Positions 9,345 to 17,565 of a stretch of 64,000 nucleotides of DNA are shown in pieces. The stretch is taken from positions 96,001 to 160,000 of the IMG/VR virus record IMGVR_UViG_3300031998_000011. The stretch is one strand, 5' to 3'. The notes under the pieces were generated by a model. The model worked only from the letters and a program-made list of their open reading frames with translations, had not been told where the DNA came from and did no database searches. Source of the DNA: a virus (lineage: Duplodnaviria; Caudoviricetes). A program made the translations under genes and the position numbers. Numbering within the stretch: position 1 is the stretch's first letter; every line of letters starts with the position of its first letter.

Positions 9345-10124
9345 ATGAACGTCCGGACAGTACAGCACAGCATGCTGAAACGCGCCGGGCTCTTCGGCAA
9401 TACGATGCTGGGGCGCTGGATCACGGACACGATGGGTCCGCACACGTTTGTGTCTGATGCGCTCGGTGCATCCGCGCTGGACATGATCGACCACCAGGCC
9501 AAGACACAGCTCGGCTGGAACAAGCCGACAGGCGGCAGTCCCAACGATGCCTATGGCCAGGAATACGCGAGGGCGCAGCAGCGGCTGAATGAAGGTCTGG
9601 CAAAAGCGCAGCAGCGCCAAGCGGCCGCCCGACAGAAGCAGCTGGCTCAACAGCAGGCCCAGGCATCGCGCAACAACGAGCGCCTGATGGCGGCCTACAT
9701 GGCCGGCAACAATCAGCAGCTCGCCAAGCAGAACCAGCGTGCGGTGCAAGGACGTGCGATCACCAACAGGCAGCTCGTCTCAGCCAGGAGCAATGCGCTT
9801 GTCAAAGTGCAGCCACAGCGACAGCAACAGGTTCGTATGGCACCGCCTCCGCAGTCTACCGGATTCAAACAGCCAGGCCCCAATGCGTACGCCAGAGGCC
9901 GTATCTCCAGTGGAGGACAGACCTGGATTACATGGTCGGATGGCGGGATGACGCCAGCAGACGGTACGTACAGATCCTACAACAGAGCAACTGACAGACC
10001 ACCGGTGCAGAAACCGCGCATGGCACCTCCAAGGCCTGTTGCAAAGCCTGCGCCTACTTCAGGTCCGCGACCAAGCGCGGGACGCAATAGGATGACAGGT
10101 CCAGCACAGCTGGTGAACATGTAA
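9345..10124 (+). CDS. Gln/Pro/Arg-rich protein with K-x-A leader (putative virion internal protein)
   Basis: MNVRTVQHSMLKRAG closely matches the leaders at 35598 and 37421. Confidence 0.7.
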   Translation: MNVRTVQHSMLKRAGLFGNTMLGRWITDTMGPHTFVSDALGASALDMIDHQAKTQLGWNKPTGGSPNDAYGQEYARAQQRLNEGLAKAQQRQAAARQKQLAQQQAQASRNNERLMAAYMAGNNQQLAKQNQRAVQGRAITNRQLVSARSNALVKVQPQRQQQVRMAPPPQSTGFKQPGPNAYARGRISSGGQTWITWSDGGMTPADGTYRSYNRATDRPPVQKPRMAPPRPVAKPAPTSGPRPSAGRNRMTGPAQLVNM

Positions 10125-10128
10125 GAAC

Positions 10129-10156
10129 AGCCCCTGCAACCCAGGGGCTTTATTTT
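10129..10156 (+). terminator. Intrinsic terminator
   Basis: AGCCCCTG-caacc-CAGGGGCT followed by TTATTTT. Confidence 0.8.
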
Positions 10157-10186
10157 ATATAGTGGAACAACAAAGGAGAACGCAGC

Positions 10187-12619
10187 ATGTCCTGGAAGAA
10201 CACAACGGCTGGCAAAGAGTTTGATCTGGATGATCCGCATTTCACAACACCCATGTCAGTCATATCGGGGCTGGCCAGCGGGTACTGTGAGCGCAAAGCA
10301 GCCGTGAGCGCCGCCTATGCCGCAGCGAGTTGGACAACGGATGCTGTGAAGAGCAACACAGTATCCAGGATGGCAGCCAATATTGCGATCAACCACGACA
10401 TCGGCACGGTGTCTGCATATGGCGCAGGCTCCGAGACCTTCCAGGCGCCGCAGAGCTGGACCGTGGGAAACCCGGCGCAGACGAAGACGTTCATGGATTA
10501 TTTTGACCATGATTTGGCTTCCCTGGCTAATATGTATGTTACAAGGGGTGGCGCAGCATATAATGGGTTTGAGGGTTTAGCCATAGCCGCCAGTGTACGT
10601 GCGTCTAGTGACGCAGCAGTGAGTCATTATGCTGGTTATACGCCGGACACGTTGGCTGTTTCCGGAGGTTCTGGGGGCGCTGTTGGGACATCTGACTACA
10701 CCGGTACGTTCGTACCAGTGTTTGCAGCTGGATGGGCAGTTGAACGTCGGGATATGTTGGAAGAATTGCGATACTCAGCCGGTAACACGGGTATTACGTC
10801 TAACTATTATGGTTCCGGTGGAACCCATTATGTCGAGAAATATGATATTCAAGGAGCGCTTCCTATTTCCGATTACGTATCTTCAGCTTTACCTGAATAT
10901 ACTGCCTACACAGGTGTCTACAGTATGTGTCACTTAAATGTCGATTTATATAATCGACGGCTTGATGATCTCGAAGATATAACAATAGGTGGTGTATCTT
11001 TCGAGACGTGGGCGGCCGCTGCAACGGTTATTCCAGATGCTACTGCTCATATTACATGGAGCCGAACAGAGAATACAGTGAGTTCAGTGGATGTTCCTGC
11101 ACGCGCTATTTCGTTTGTGCCAGAATGGGATACGTCAGAGCATACTTCCGCGTGCTATGTTCTAGACCATGCAAATGTGCTGGGCTATGTGCCAGATACT
11201 TTTTATATTGAAATAAGCGGACAAAGTGTTTCAGGTACATATTCTGTTAGTGTGTTTCTTGGTGAGCCTTATATTTTTGGAACTGTTCCGGAATTTTTGT
11301 GGGTATATTCAGATCCTGATACAGAATATGTGGTTGGCTCTGTCACATGGACGCCAGACGATCCTGACTTTTCCGCACATGGGGATGTTATTATTTGTAC
11401 TGGCGGAACGGTTACTATGCCGAACGGGGGAAGCCTGGGACGTGTTATTATAGAACCTGGTGGTGTTCTAGATATTACACCAGATTCAGACCCAGCTTCA
11501 GGTAATGGTTGCTCTATAGGATATTGTTGTATTCTCACAAAGACAGAAACTGTGAATAATGTTCCTGTTAAAACAAGTGGAAGGATTATAGGCTTGTGGC
11601 CTACCGTTGCTGTACAGGGTGTGTCCTATCCTACGTGTGCTGCTCTAGTTGATGAGCTATATATTGACTTTGTACCGGTTTATACTTACCGGCCTACAGA
11701 TGAATATCCTAGATCCGCAGAGGAGTATCCACCTAGTCTAAACTCAGCTGCGATAATACCTGTGACTGGTACAACAATTTCTGATTGGACATACAAATAT
11801 GAAGCCCTGATTGTGTCAGCCGGAGCAACGATTACGTTGCATAATACAAACTGGGGTTATGAGAGTGACGGCATACGAGAAGGTTATGTTGTTATTGAGC
11901 CAGGTGGTACTCTTATAGTTTCCCATAGTGATAAGACAGATCATATTATGGGCGAGTGTTATATAATGTCCGGCGGCACCTTGCATATAGATGCTGATTA
12001 TCTGGCAGACGAGAATGGTTCAGCAATCAGGTTACTGGAAACAGAGAATATCCATGTACTCAGCGGAGGTGTTTGCGAGATTGCTGGGCAAGGCAAAGTT
12101 ACTTTTGGTATAGAGGTGTTTTCCGGTGGTACTCTACATATAAATAAAGAGTCGGATATGGGAGGGTATAGATACGGCAATCAATACATTTCCGATGGTG
12201 CTGAAGTTGTTTTATATGACTATGATGGTGGAACCCCGACACAGATGACAACGGTTTATGATAAGCTGACGTGTAGGGCATCCGACTGCATAGCCGAAAA
12301 TGGGAACATACGAAGATTCCATAGTATGAATATGAAGTGCCAGTCTACGAATGCAGCATTTCATTGGGGCTGGAATACAGCGGATGTGACTTTTGCCTAT
12401 TATCCAGCTTTGAACGCTAGTATAGGCACTTTTGGTGCGTCTATAAATACTCAGACGATCTCCGTTGGTGATATTATGGATCCTGTTCTGTTTGGTTCTA
12501 GTGGTGCCAACTTATATGCTGGCTTTGAAGTCTGTGCCATAAAAGGATTGCATGGTCTTGTCATATCCGACCTTTATCCTAGATTTACCTACCGCAAGTT
12601 TGGTAATGAACATAAATAG
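10187..12619 (+). CDS. Putative receptor-binding/tail protein with beta-helix (SGG-type) repeats
   Basis: 810 aa; IEPGGVLDI, VSAGATITL, IEPGGTLIV, IMSGGTLHI, VLSGGVCEI, VFSGGTLHI; visibly AT-richer after ~10500. Confidence 0.6.
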   Translation: MSWKNTTAGKEFDLDDPHFTTPMSVISGLASGYCERKAAVSAAYAAASWTTDAVKSNTVSRMAANIAINHDIGTVSAYGAGSETFQAPQSWTVGNPAQTKTFMDYFDHDLASLANMYVTRGGAAYNGFEGLAIAASVRASSDAAVSHYAGYTPDTLAVSGGSGGAVGTSDYTGTFVPVFAAGWAVERRDMLEELRYSAGNTGITSNYYGSGGTHYVEKYDIQGALPISDYVSSALPEYTAYTGVYSMCHLNVDLYNRRLDDLEDITIGGVSFETWAAAATVIPDATAHITWSRTENTVSSVDVPARAISFVPEWDTSEHTSACYVLDHANVLGYVPDTFYIEISGQSVSGTYSVSVFLGEPYIFGTVPEFLWVYSDPDTEYVVGSVTWTPDDPDFSAHGDVIICTGGTVTMPNGGSLGRVIIEPGGVLDITPDSDPASGNGCSIGYCCILTKTETVNNVPVKTSGRIIGLWPTVAVQGVSYPTCAALVDELYIDFVPVYTYRPTDEYPRSAEEYPPSLNSAAIIPVTGTTISDWTYKYEALIVSAGATITLHNTNWGYESDGIREGYVVIEPGGTLIVSHSDKTDHIMGECYIMSGGTLHIDADYLADENGSAIRLLETENIHVLSGGVCEIAGQGKVTFGIEVFSGGTLHINKESDMGGYRYGNQYISDGAEVVLYDYDGGTPTQMTTVYDKLTCRASDCIAENGNIRRFHSMNMKCQSTNAAFHWGWNTADVTFAYYPALNASIGTFGASINTQTISVGDIMDPVLFGSSGANLYAGFEVCAIKGLHGLVISDLYPRFTYRKFGNEHK

Positions 12620-12655
12620 TCGTTGACCCGTGCTCTTCCATAAGAGGAATCACCA

Positions 12656-13957
12656 ATGCCAGACTTCGCTCCAGGAATCCCAAACAAGCTCAACAAAGGC
12701 CGCCTCATGGACCTGCCCACCGATGTACTGCTCACGCTCGTGCGCCAGAAGCACCTTGCCAGACGCGCAGGCGAGCACACCGATCTGCGCATCGGCAACG
12801 AATCGGGGCTCTTTTCATGGGCGCTTCCGAAACACATGCCGGAGCAGCCAGGCCAGTACAGGCTCGCGGTTCCCACCAGTCTGCACAGGTACGCTTACAA
12901 GGACTTCGAGGGCACCATCCCGGAAGGCAAGTACGGTGCCGGCACTGTGATCAAGACCGAGGAATCTCCGGTCGTGCTGCTGAAGAACACGCCCAGCTAC
13001 ATCGAGTTCACCAGGGGCACCAGCAAGGATTCCAACGTGTACCGCATGGTGCGCACAGGTGGCGGCAACTGGCTGCTCAGCATCAAGCAGCCTGACCAGC
13101 CGGAAGCCGTGAAAGCCTACGAGAAGGAACACATGAAGTCCATCCCGGAGGACAAGGTACAGCAGCTGATCGACCAGGGTGCCACAGTCGTTCCCAAAGT
13201 GGATGGCGCCGGTGTTCTGGCTGCTATGGGCAAGCATGGCATCAGCGTCTACGGCATCCGGCCGGACAAGTCTGGACTCAAGCCGGATTACACGCCGTAC
13301 ATCGGCGGCTTGTCCCAGGTGGATGTGCCTGCGGATCTCCAGGGCAAAGTTCTGCGCGGCGAGATCTTTGGTATGCGCAACGGCAAGGTCATTCCTCCGC
13401 AGGAATTGTCCGGCTATCTCAACAGCACCATCGCCAATGCCATCCAGAAGCGCCAGCGTGGGCTGAAGCTGCTGGTGGCTGCTCTGGCTGTGAACAACGG
13501 CAAGGACGACTATAGCGCCCCGATGCAGGACATCGTCCGCAGGCTCCACAGTCCTTCTTTTACAGTGCTGCCACAGGAGCGTGGAGAGAAGGCCAGACGC
13601 CTGTTGAAAGCGATCATTGAAGGCCGGAACCCGTGGACACAGGAAGGCGCAGTGCTGCATCTGCCTGGGAAGCGGCCGGTCAAGTATAAAAGAAGGCCGG
13701 ACTACGACGTCGTTGTCCAGGACGTGTTCCCGGCCGAGACCAAGGCTGCACCCAGAGCCGGCGGCTTCACATACAGCCTGCCTGGGTCTGACAAAGTGGT
13801 TGGCCGCGTTGGCACTGGGATGTCGCATGATATGCTTAGAGACATGCTGGAGCATCCGGAAGCCTACCGTGGCCGGACAGCCAGAGTGCAGGCTCAAGAA
13901 GTGTATCCGAGTGGTGCGCTGCGGGCGCCCAGCTTTATAGCAATGAAGGAAGACTGA
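12656..13957 (+). CDS. LigD-type 3'-phosphoesterase fused to ATP-dependent DNA ligase (adenylation + OB domains)
   Basis: PE: QKHLARRAGEHTDLR, SWALPK, RLAV..LH..YKDFEGTIPEGKYGAGTV; ligase: PKVDG, LRGEIF, QEGAVL, VKYK, VGTG, GALRAPSF. Confidence 0.88.
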   Translation: MPDFAPGIPNKLNKGRLMDLPTDVLLTLVRQKHLARRAGEHTDLRIGNESGLFSWALPKHMPEQPGQYRLAVPTSLHRYAYKDFEGTIPEGKYGAGTVIKTEESPVVLLKNTPSYIEFTRGTSKDSNVYRMVRTGGGNWLLSIKQPDQPEAVKAYEKEHMKSIPEDKVQQLIDQGATVVPKVDGAGVLAAMGKHGISVYGIRPDKSGLKPDYTPYIGGLSQVDVPADLQGKVLRGEIFGMRNGKVIPPQELSGYLNSTIANAIQKRQRGLKLLVAALAVNNGKDDYSAPMQDIVRRLHSPSFTVLPQERGEKARRLLKAIIEGRNPWTQEGAVLHLPGKRPVKYKRRPDYDVVVQDVFPAETKAAPRAGGFTYSLPGSDKVVGRVGTGMSHDMLRDMLEHPEAYRGRTARVQAQEVYPSGALRAPSFIAMKED

Positions 13958-13958
13958 T

Positions 13959-14690
13959 ATGAACATACAGACAGTACAGCAGGCGCTGTTCAAATATGCT
14001 TCCATGTCTTCTGACGAGCGCAGGCTGCGCCGTCTGGCCCGGCCGTTCTACCCGGCCGTCGGACGCCGTTCCTGGGAACATGTCAACCAGGTGAAGCAGA
14101 ACGCCGAGATGATGACCCAGGGCCTGGAACACCGGCCGCTGACTCTGCAGGAGAAGGCTGCCATCTATTTCCACGACTGCGCCATCAGACAGCGCGGTAC
14201 AGGCAAGGAGCACGGCAAGTATGGCAGGGAGACGGCCATTCCGCTGTTGCTGTCTACCGGTATCTTCAACGACAAGCAGCTGAAAGAGATCGGGCAGGCC
14301 ATCCTGGAGCACGACACGCTGAATGCCACCGGGCGGAAGTTCTCCAACAGGACCGGCGAGGTTCTGGCATCTGGTGATGCAAACACGCCGGATCTGCCGT
14401 GGCTGCTGAACAAGTTCTACAACTGGCAGCTCCAGAACAATCCGGACAAGAACACGTGGCCGGCGGACATCTACGAGACGGCTATCGAAGAGTTCGGCAA
14501 CAAGTCCACGGAGAAGTTCCCGGCGCTGTACAACAAGTTCCACGGGGACCGTGTTCAGAAGTTGCGCGACCAGATCGACAGCATGTCACAGGATGACATG
14601 TGGAACATGGTGCAGAAGTACCGCCGGAAGCACCGTTTTGACGAGCTGGATGAGCGGTTGGGCAAGCCACCGATGTTCCAGCCGGTGTAA
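13959..14690 (+). CDS. HD-domain phosphohydrolase with K-x-A leader
   Basis: EHVNQV...YFHDCA...EHG...EHD...GDA pattern; N-terminal MNIQTVQQALFKYA. Confidence 0.75.
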   Translation: MNIQTVQQALFKYASMSSDERRLRRLARPFYPAVGRRSWEHVNQVKQNAEMMTQGLEHRPLTLQEKAAIYFHDCAIRQRGTGKEHGKYGRETAIPLLLSTGIFNDKQLKEIGQAILEHDTLNATGRKFSNRTGEVLASGDANTPDLPWLLNKFYNWQLQNNPDKNTWPADIYETAIEEFGNKSTEKFPALYNKFHGDRVQKLRDQIDSMSQDDMWNMVQKYRRKHRFDELDERLGKPPMFQPV

Positions 14691-14777
14691 GGGTTAATTT
14701 CTGTTTCTGCAGTTTTGTTGCAGATTTCTGAATTAGTACTGCAAACTTTGTGCTGGTTGCCGCAAAGTTCTCAGTAG

Positions 14778-14800
14778 ATTTTCAACCTGAAGTTCAAAAT
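14778..14800. repeat. 23-bp palindromic site, copy 2
   Basis: ATTTTCAACCTGAAGTTCAAAAT; 1 mismatch; intergenic. Confidence 0.88.
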
Positions 14801-14892
14801 CCTGTTCCCACATTTTCATAGGGACTTTTGGGGGCACTTTCGCCATTTTTCTTAGGCACTTTTGTAAGTGTCTATTTTTGTGTAGTTTATGG

Positions 14893-14926
14893 CTAAATTT
14901 TTGGGGTTTTTGAGGGATAATAGAAT
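14893..14926 (+). promoter_or_regulatory. Early-type promoter P1
   Basis: CTAAAT-N17-GATAAT-AGAAT; matches six other copies. Confidence 0.65.
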
Positions 14927-14969
14927 AGCAACTGTTACTCTCAACAAAACCCCGAAAGGAGAACTCATC

Positions 14970-15710
14970 ATGAAAGAGAACAGAACAAAAGTCATTCAGA
15001 TCGTTGGATTTGCGCACCCGCTTGACCGTACTGCGCAGCCTCGTGAGGTGTCATTTCCGGTTGTCGTTCCGGACAACGAAGGCGTCGATGACATGACGGA
15101 TCTTTTCAACATTGATCACGTCATGGACGATCTCGTTGTGGGAATGAAGTGGTCCTGGTTCAATATCAGCGACCGCAGATACCGCATGAGTGCTACGCGT
15201 GCCGCAGATCTCCGTGACTACGGGCATGTTCGCATCGACGGCTGGACGTTCGGTGTCGCGGCCGGTACATCCTCATATGGGGATAAGGAGGATTGGATCT
15301 CCTTTGATCTGGCCAAAGTCATGCCGGACGAGCGCGGTTATGCATGCTGCGGCCAGGTCATCTGGCCGAAGGACGCCTCGGTTGAACTTGCGGGACACAC
15401 CTGCAAACTCGACAAGCGTGGAGATGGATGGCTTCACGGAGTCCGTCCAAGAGAAGGCGACATCATAACTGTCAACTTCAACGGACGGACTGTACACGTA
15501 GTATTCCACATTGCTGCGCGGTGGAAATATGGGCAATGCGCAAACTGTAAGCACAGAGCGTGCTATCCGCCTGGTCGTGCTGACCATGAGCGAACGTTGT
15601 TCTACTGCGACAAGAATGTAGGCAGCGCCGACGCCGAAATCCCTGAATGGCAAACCGAAAAACCCTGCCGGTACAGAGAACCGCGCTGGGAAGAAGGAGG
15701 TCTTGAATGA
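14970..15710 (+). CDS. Hypothetical protein with C-terminal Cys-rich motif
   Basis: AAAGGAG RBS; CANCKH...C...C. Confidence 0.7.
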   Translation: MKENRTKVIQIVGFAHPLDRTAQPREVSFPVVVPDNEGVDDMTDLFNIDHVMDDLVVGMKWSWFNISDRRYRMSATRAADLRDYGHVRIDGWTFGVAAGTSSYGDKEDWISFDLAKVMPDERGYACCGQVIWPKDASVELAGHTCKLDKRGDGWLHGVRPREGDIITVNFNGRTVHVVFHIAARWKYGQCANCKHRACYPPGRADHERTLFYCDKNVGSADAEIPEWQTEKPCRYREPRWEEGGLE

Positions 15711-15877
15711 CAAAGAAAGAGTACTTGCAAGAAAAGCTGGCGCGTGTCGAGCGAGACATCGCGGCGGTTAACTCGAATCCCAATCGTAGATTTCGGGATG
15801 ACGAGAGCCTCTGCTACGAGGCCCTCGCAATCCAGAAACAGATTGAGGAACTCGAAAAACAGGAGCAGGCCGACTGA
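15707..15877 (+). CDS. Small coiled-coil protein (56 aa, not in ORF track)
   Basis: AAGGAGG RBS, ATGA overlap, MTKKEYLQEKLARVERDIAA...EQAD. Confidence 0.65.
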   Translation: MTKKEYLQEKLARVERDIAAVNSNPNRRFRDDESLCYEALAIQKQIEELEKQEQAD

Positions 15878-15900
15878 GGCTACTCTAGAACCGCACAACA

Positions 15901-15937
15901 GGGCCCGATGTAGTGGAGAAACATCGGGCTCTTTTTT
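15901..15937 (+). terminator. Intrinsic terminator
   Basis: GGGCCCGATGT...ACATCGGGCTC followed by TTTTTT. Confidence 0.8.
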
Positions 15938-15950
15938 AGCCTGTTTTGAG

Positions 15951-15985
15951 CTTAATTTGTGGGGGTTTTGTTGTTAGTATACAAT
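15951..15985 (+). promoter_or_regulatory. Early-type promoter P2
   Basis: CTTAAT-N18-TAGTAT-ACAAT. Confidence 0.65.
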
Positions 15986-16081
15986 GGTACTGCTATTGCC
16001 ATGTCAGTGCTTCGAATTGTTCGACCACGTTGGCCGAGCAAGGATCGAAGTACAACTCCAAAACGAAAAGGAGTTTATCTT

Positions 16082-16612
16082 ATGAGCAGTCTCAACACCA
16101 CCCTCTCCGTCGCCTACACGACACTCCAGGAAATCGCTCCCGGATTCGATCCGCTGCGGGATCACCGCAACAGCGACACCGTTCTCGGCAGCAGCCGGTT
16201 CCGCGCTGGGATCATCAGCGTGGAGGACGTTCTCGCGCTGGTTGCCAACTCGGCTTTGTACGAGTTGGTTCCCGGCTTCGGCGGTGCTGTCGTTTTCGTC
16301 TTCGTGTCCGATGACGTGATCGGCAAGGCGACCTGCACGCAGGTGAAGGACGATGAGGACTACGAACTCCGTCTCTATCACGGCTGCCTCCAGCCCTTCG
16401 GGGATGTGGAAGAGGTCGGAGAAGAGACGCGCTTCTTCAGCGTCGTCTGCACGCCGGAGCAGACCAAGGACGGCCTGCGCTTCGCTCTTGCAAGTGCCTA
16501 TCCGGGCAAACCGGACAAGGTCACGGATGAGGACAGGAGCGGCCTGACTGAAGGTCAGCGTCTCAGCGCCGCCGAGGTCCGTCGTCGTGGCCTTCGCCCG
16601 AAACAGGCGTAA
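16082..16612 (+). CDS. Hypothetical protein
   Basis: AAGGAG RBS before ATG 16082; strong codon bias. Confidence 0.75.
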   Translation: MSSLNTTLSVAYTTLQEIAPGFDPLRDHRNSDTVLGSSRFRAGIISVEDVLALVANSALYELVPGFGGAVVFVFVSDDVIGKATCTQVKDDEDYELRLYHGCLQPFGDVEEVGEETRFFSVVCTPEQTKDGLRFALASAYPGKPDKVTDEDRSGLTEGQRLSAAEVRRRGLRPKQA

Positions 16613-16685
16613 GTCTGTCACGGCGCCGGCATGCCCATCCGGGGCAAAGGAAACACAGTACAAACTGAAAGGAGGAATCCCTGTG

Positions 16686-16736
16686 TTTTCTTTTAGTTTG
16701 TACTTAATCCGTCCATGTGCGGGGGCATAATAGCCT
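16686..16736 (+). promoter_or_regulatory. Terminator tail plus promoter P3
   Basis: TTTTCTTTTA...CTTAAT-N17-CATAAT-AGCCT. Confidence 0.65.
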
Positions 16737-16834
16737 GGCAACGATTATTTACTTATAGCTAACTTGAAATTTTTTAGGCTGTAGTTACCCATTTCCAGCC
16801 TTCTGCGCAGCGCCCGTTTTGGCCTCGTTTTGAG

Positions 16835-16868
16835 CTTAATTTTGGGGCTTTTTCTGTTATGATACACT
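16835..16868 (+). promoter_or_regulatory. Early-type promoter P4
   Basis: CTTAAT-N17-TATGAT-ACACT; flanks nearly identical to P2. Confidence 0.65.
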
Positions 16869-16907
16869 GAGGCTGAAACCATTAACTTTAACCATAAGGA
16901 GACAACT

Positions 16908-17393
16908 ATGGACAAGTACCAAGAAAACGACCTCAAAAGCATGCTCACCAACATGTGCCCCGCTGATGTGAAAGACTATGTCTGGGACCGTGCTATTGAC
17001 AACGTCATCACGGCTGCTGACTATGCGAGACAGGCTCGTTTCGCGGAGTCAACTGCGCTTACGCAGTTATACACGGATTTCGCATCCGACCGTCTGATGA
17101 CTGTTATCAAGCTCGTTGGACAGGAGCAGGGTGATGTGCTCACTCGCGCTGTTGATCGCTTTGAAGACCAGCTCAACCAGTATGAGCCGGACAGAGAAAC
17201 GGCAGATCGCGAGGAGCAGAGCAGCGTTGTTGTGCGTGACTATGACGGCTACGACGTACAGGAAGAAGTGCATACCACGATCTTCGTTCTGAAGAAGCCG
17301 TGGCGTGCATTCCGCGCTGGTCAGCGCATCCGCTACAAAGACGGCTGCAAAGCCGTAGGTGGTTATGTCAGCGGCCATTGGGTCCTGGTGTAA
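16908..17393 (+). CDS. Hypothetical protein
   Basis: TAAGGAG RBS. Confidence 0.75.
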   Translation: MDKYQENDLKSMLTNMCPADVKDYVWDRAIDNVITAADYARQARFAESTALTQLYTDFASDRLMTVIKLVGQEQGDVLTRAVDRFEDQLNQYEPDRETADREEQSSVVVRDYDGYDVQEEVHTTIFVLKKPWRAFRAGQRIRYKDGCKAVGGYVSGHWVLV

Positions 17394-17436
17394 GCCGCGA
17401 GAAGAGAACAAAGGGTAGCAGAAAGGAGCCCCTTTG

Positions 17437-17489
17437 TTTTCTTTTACAATCTACCTGAAATCACCCATGTGTTGCGGGCATAATCATAT
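17437..17489 (+). promoter_or_regulatory. Terminator tail plus promoter P5
   Basis: TTTTCTTTTA...CTGAAA-N18-CATAAT-CATAT. Confidence 0.6.
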
Positions 17490-17565
17490 GAGAGCTCTTA
17501 CGCTGCAACCAGTGCATTCGGCACTGACCAGCAACAAGCGTACCTAACCTATAGGAGGCACGATT

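Noticed and set aside
16755-16775. Possible sixth palindrome copy (AACTTGAAATTTTT)
   Set aside because: Only the central part matches; too many mismatches.
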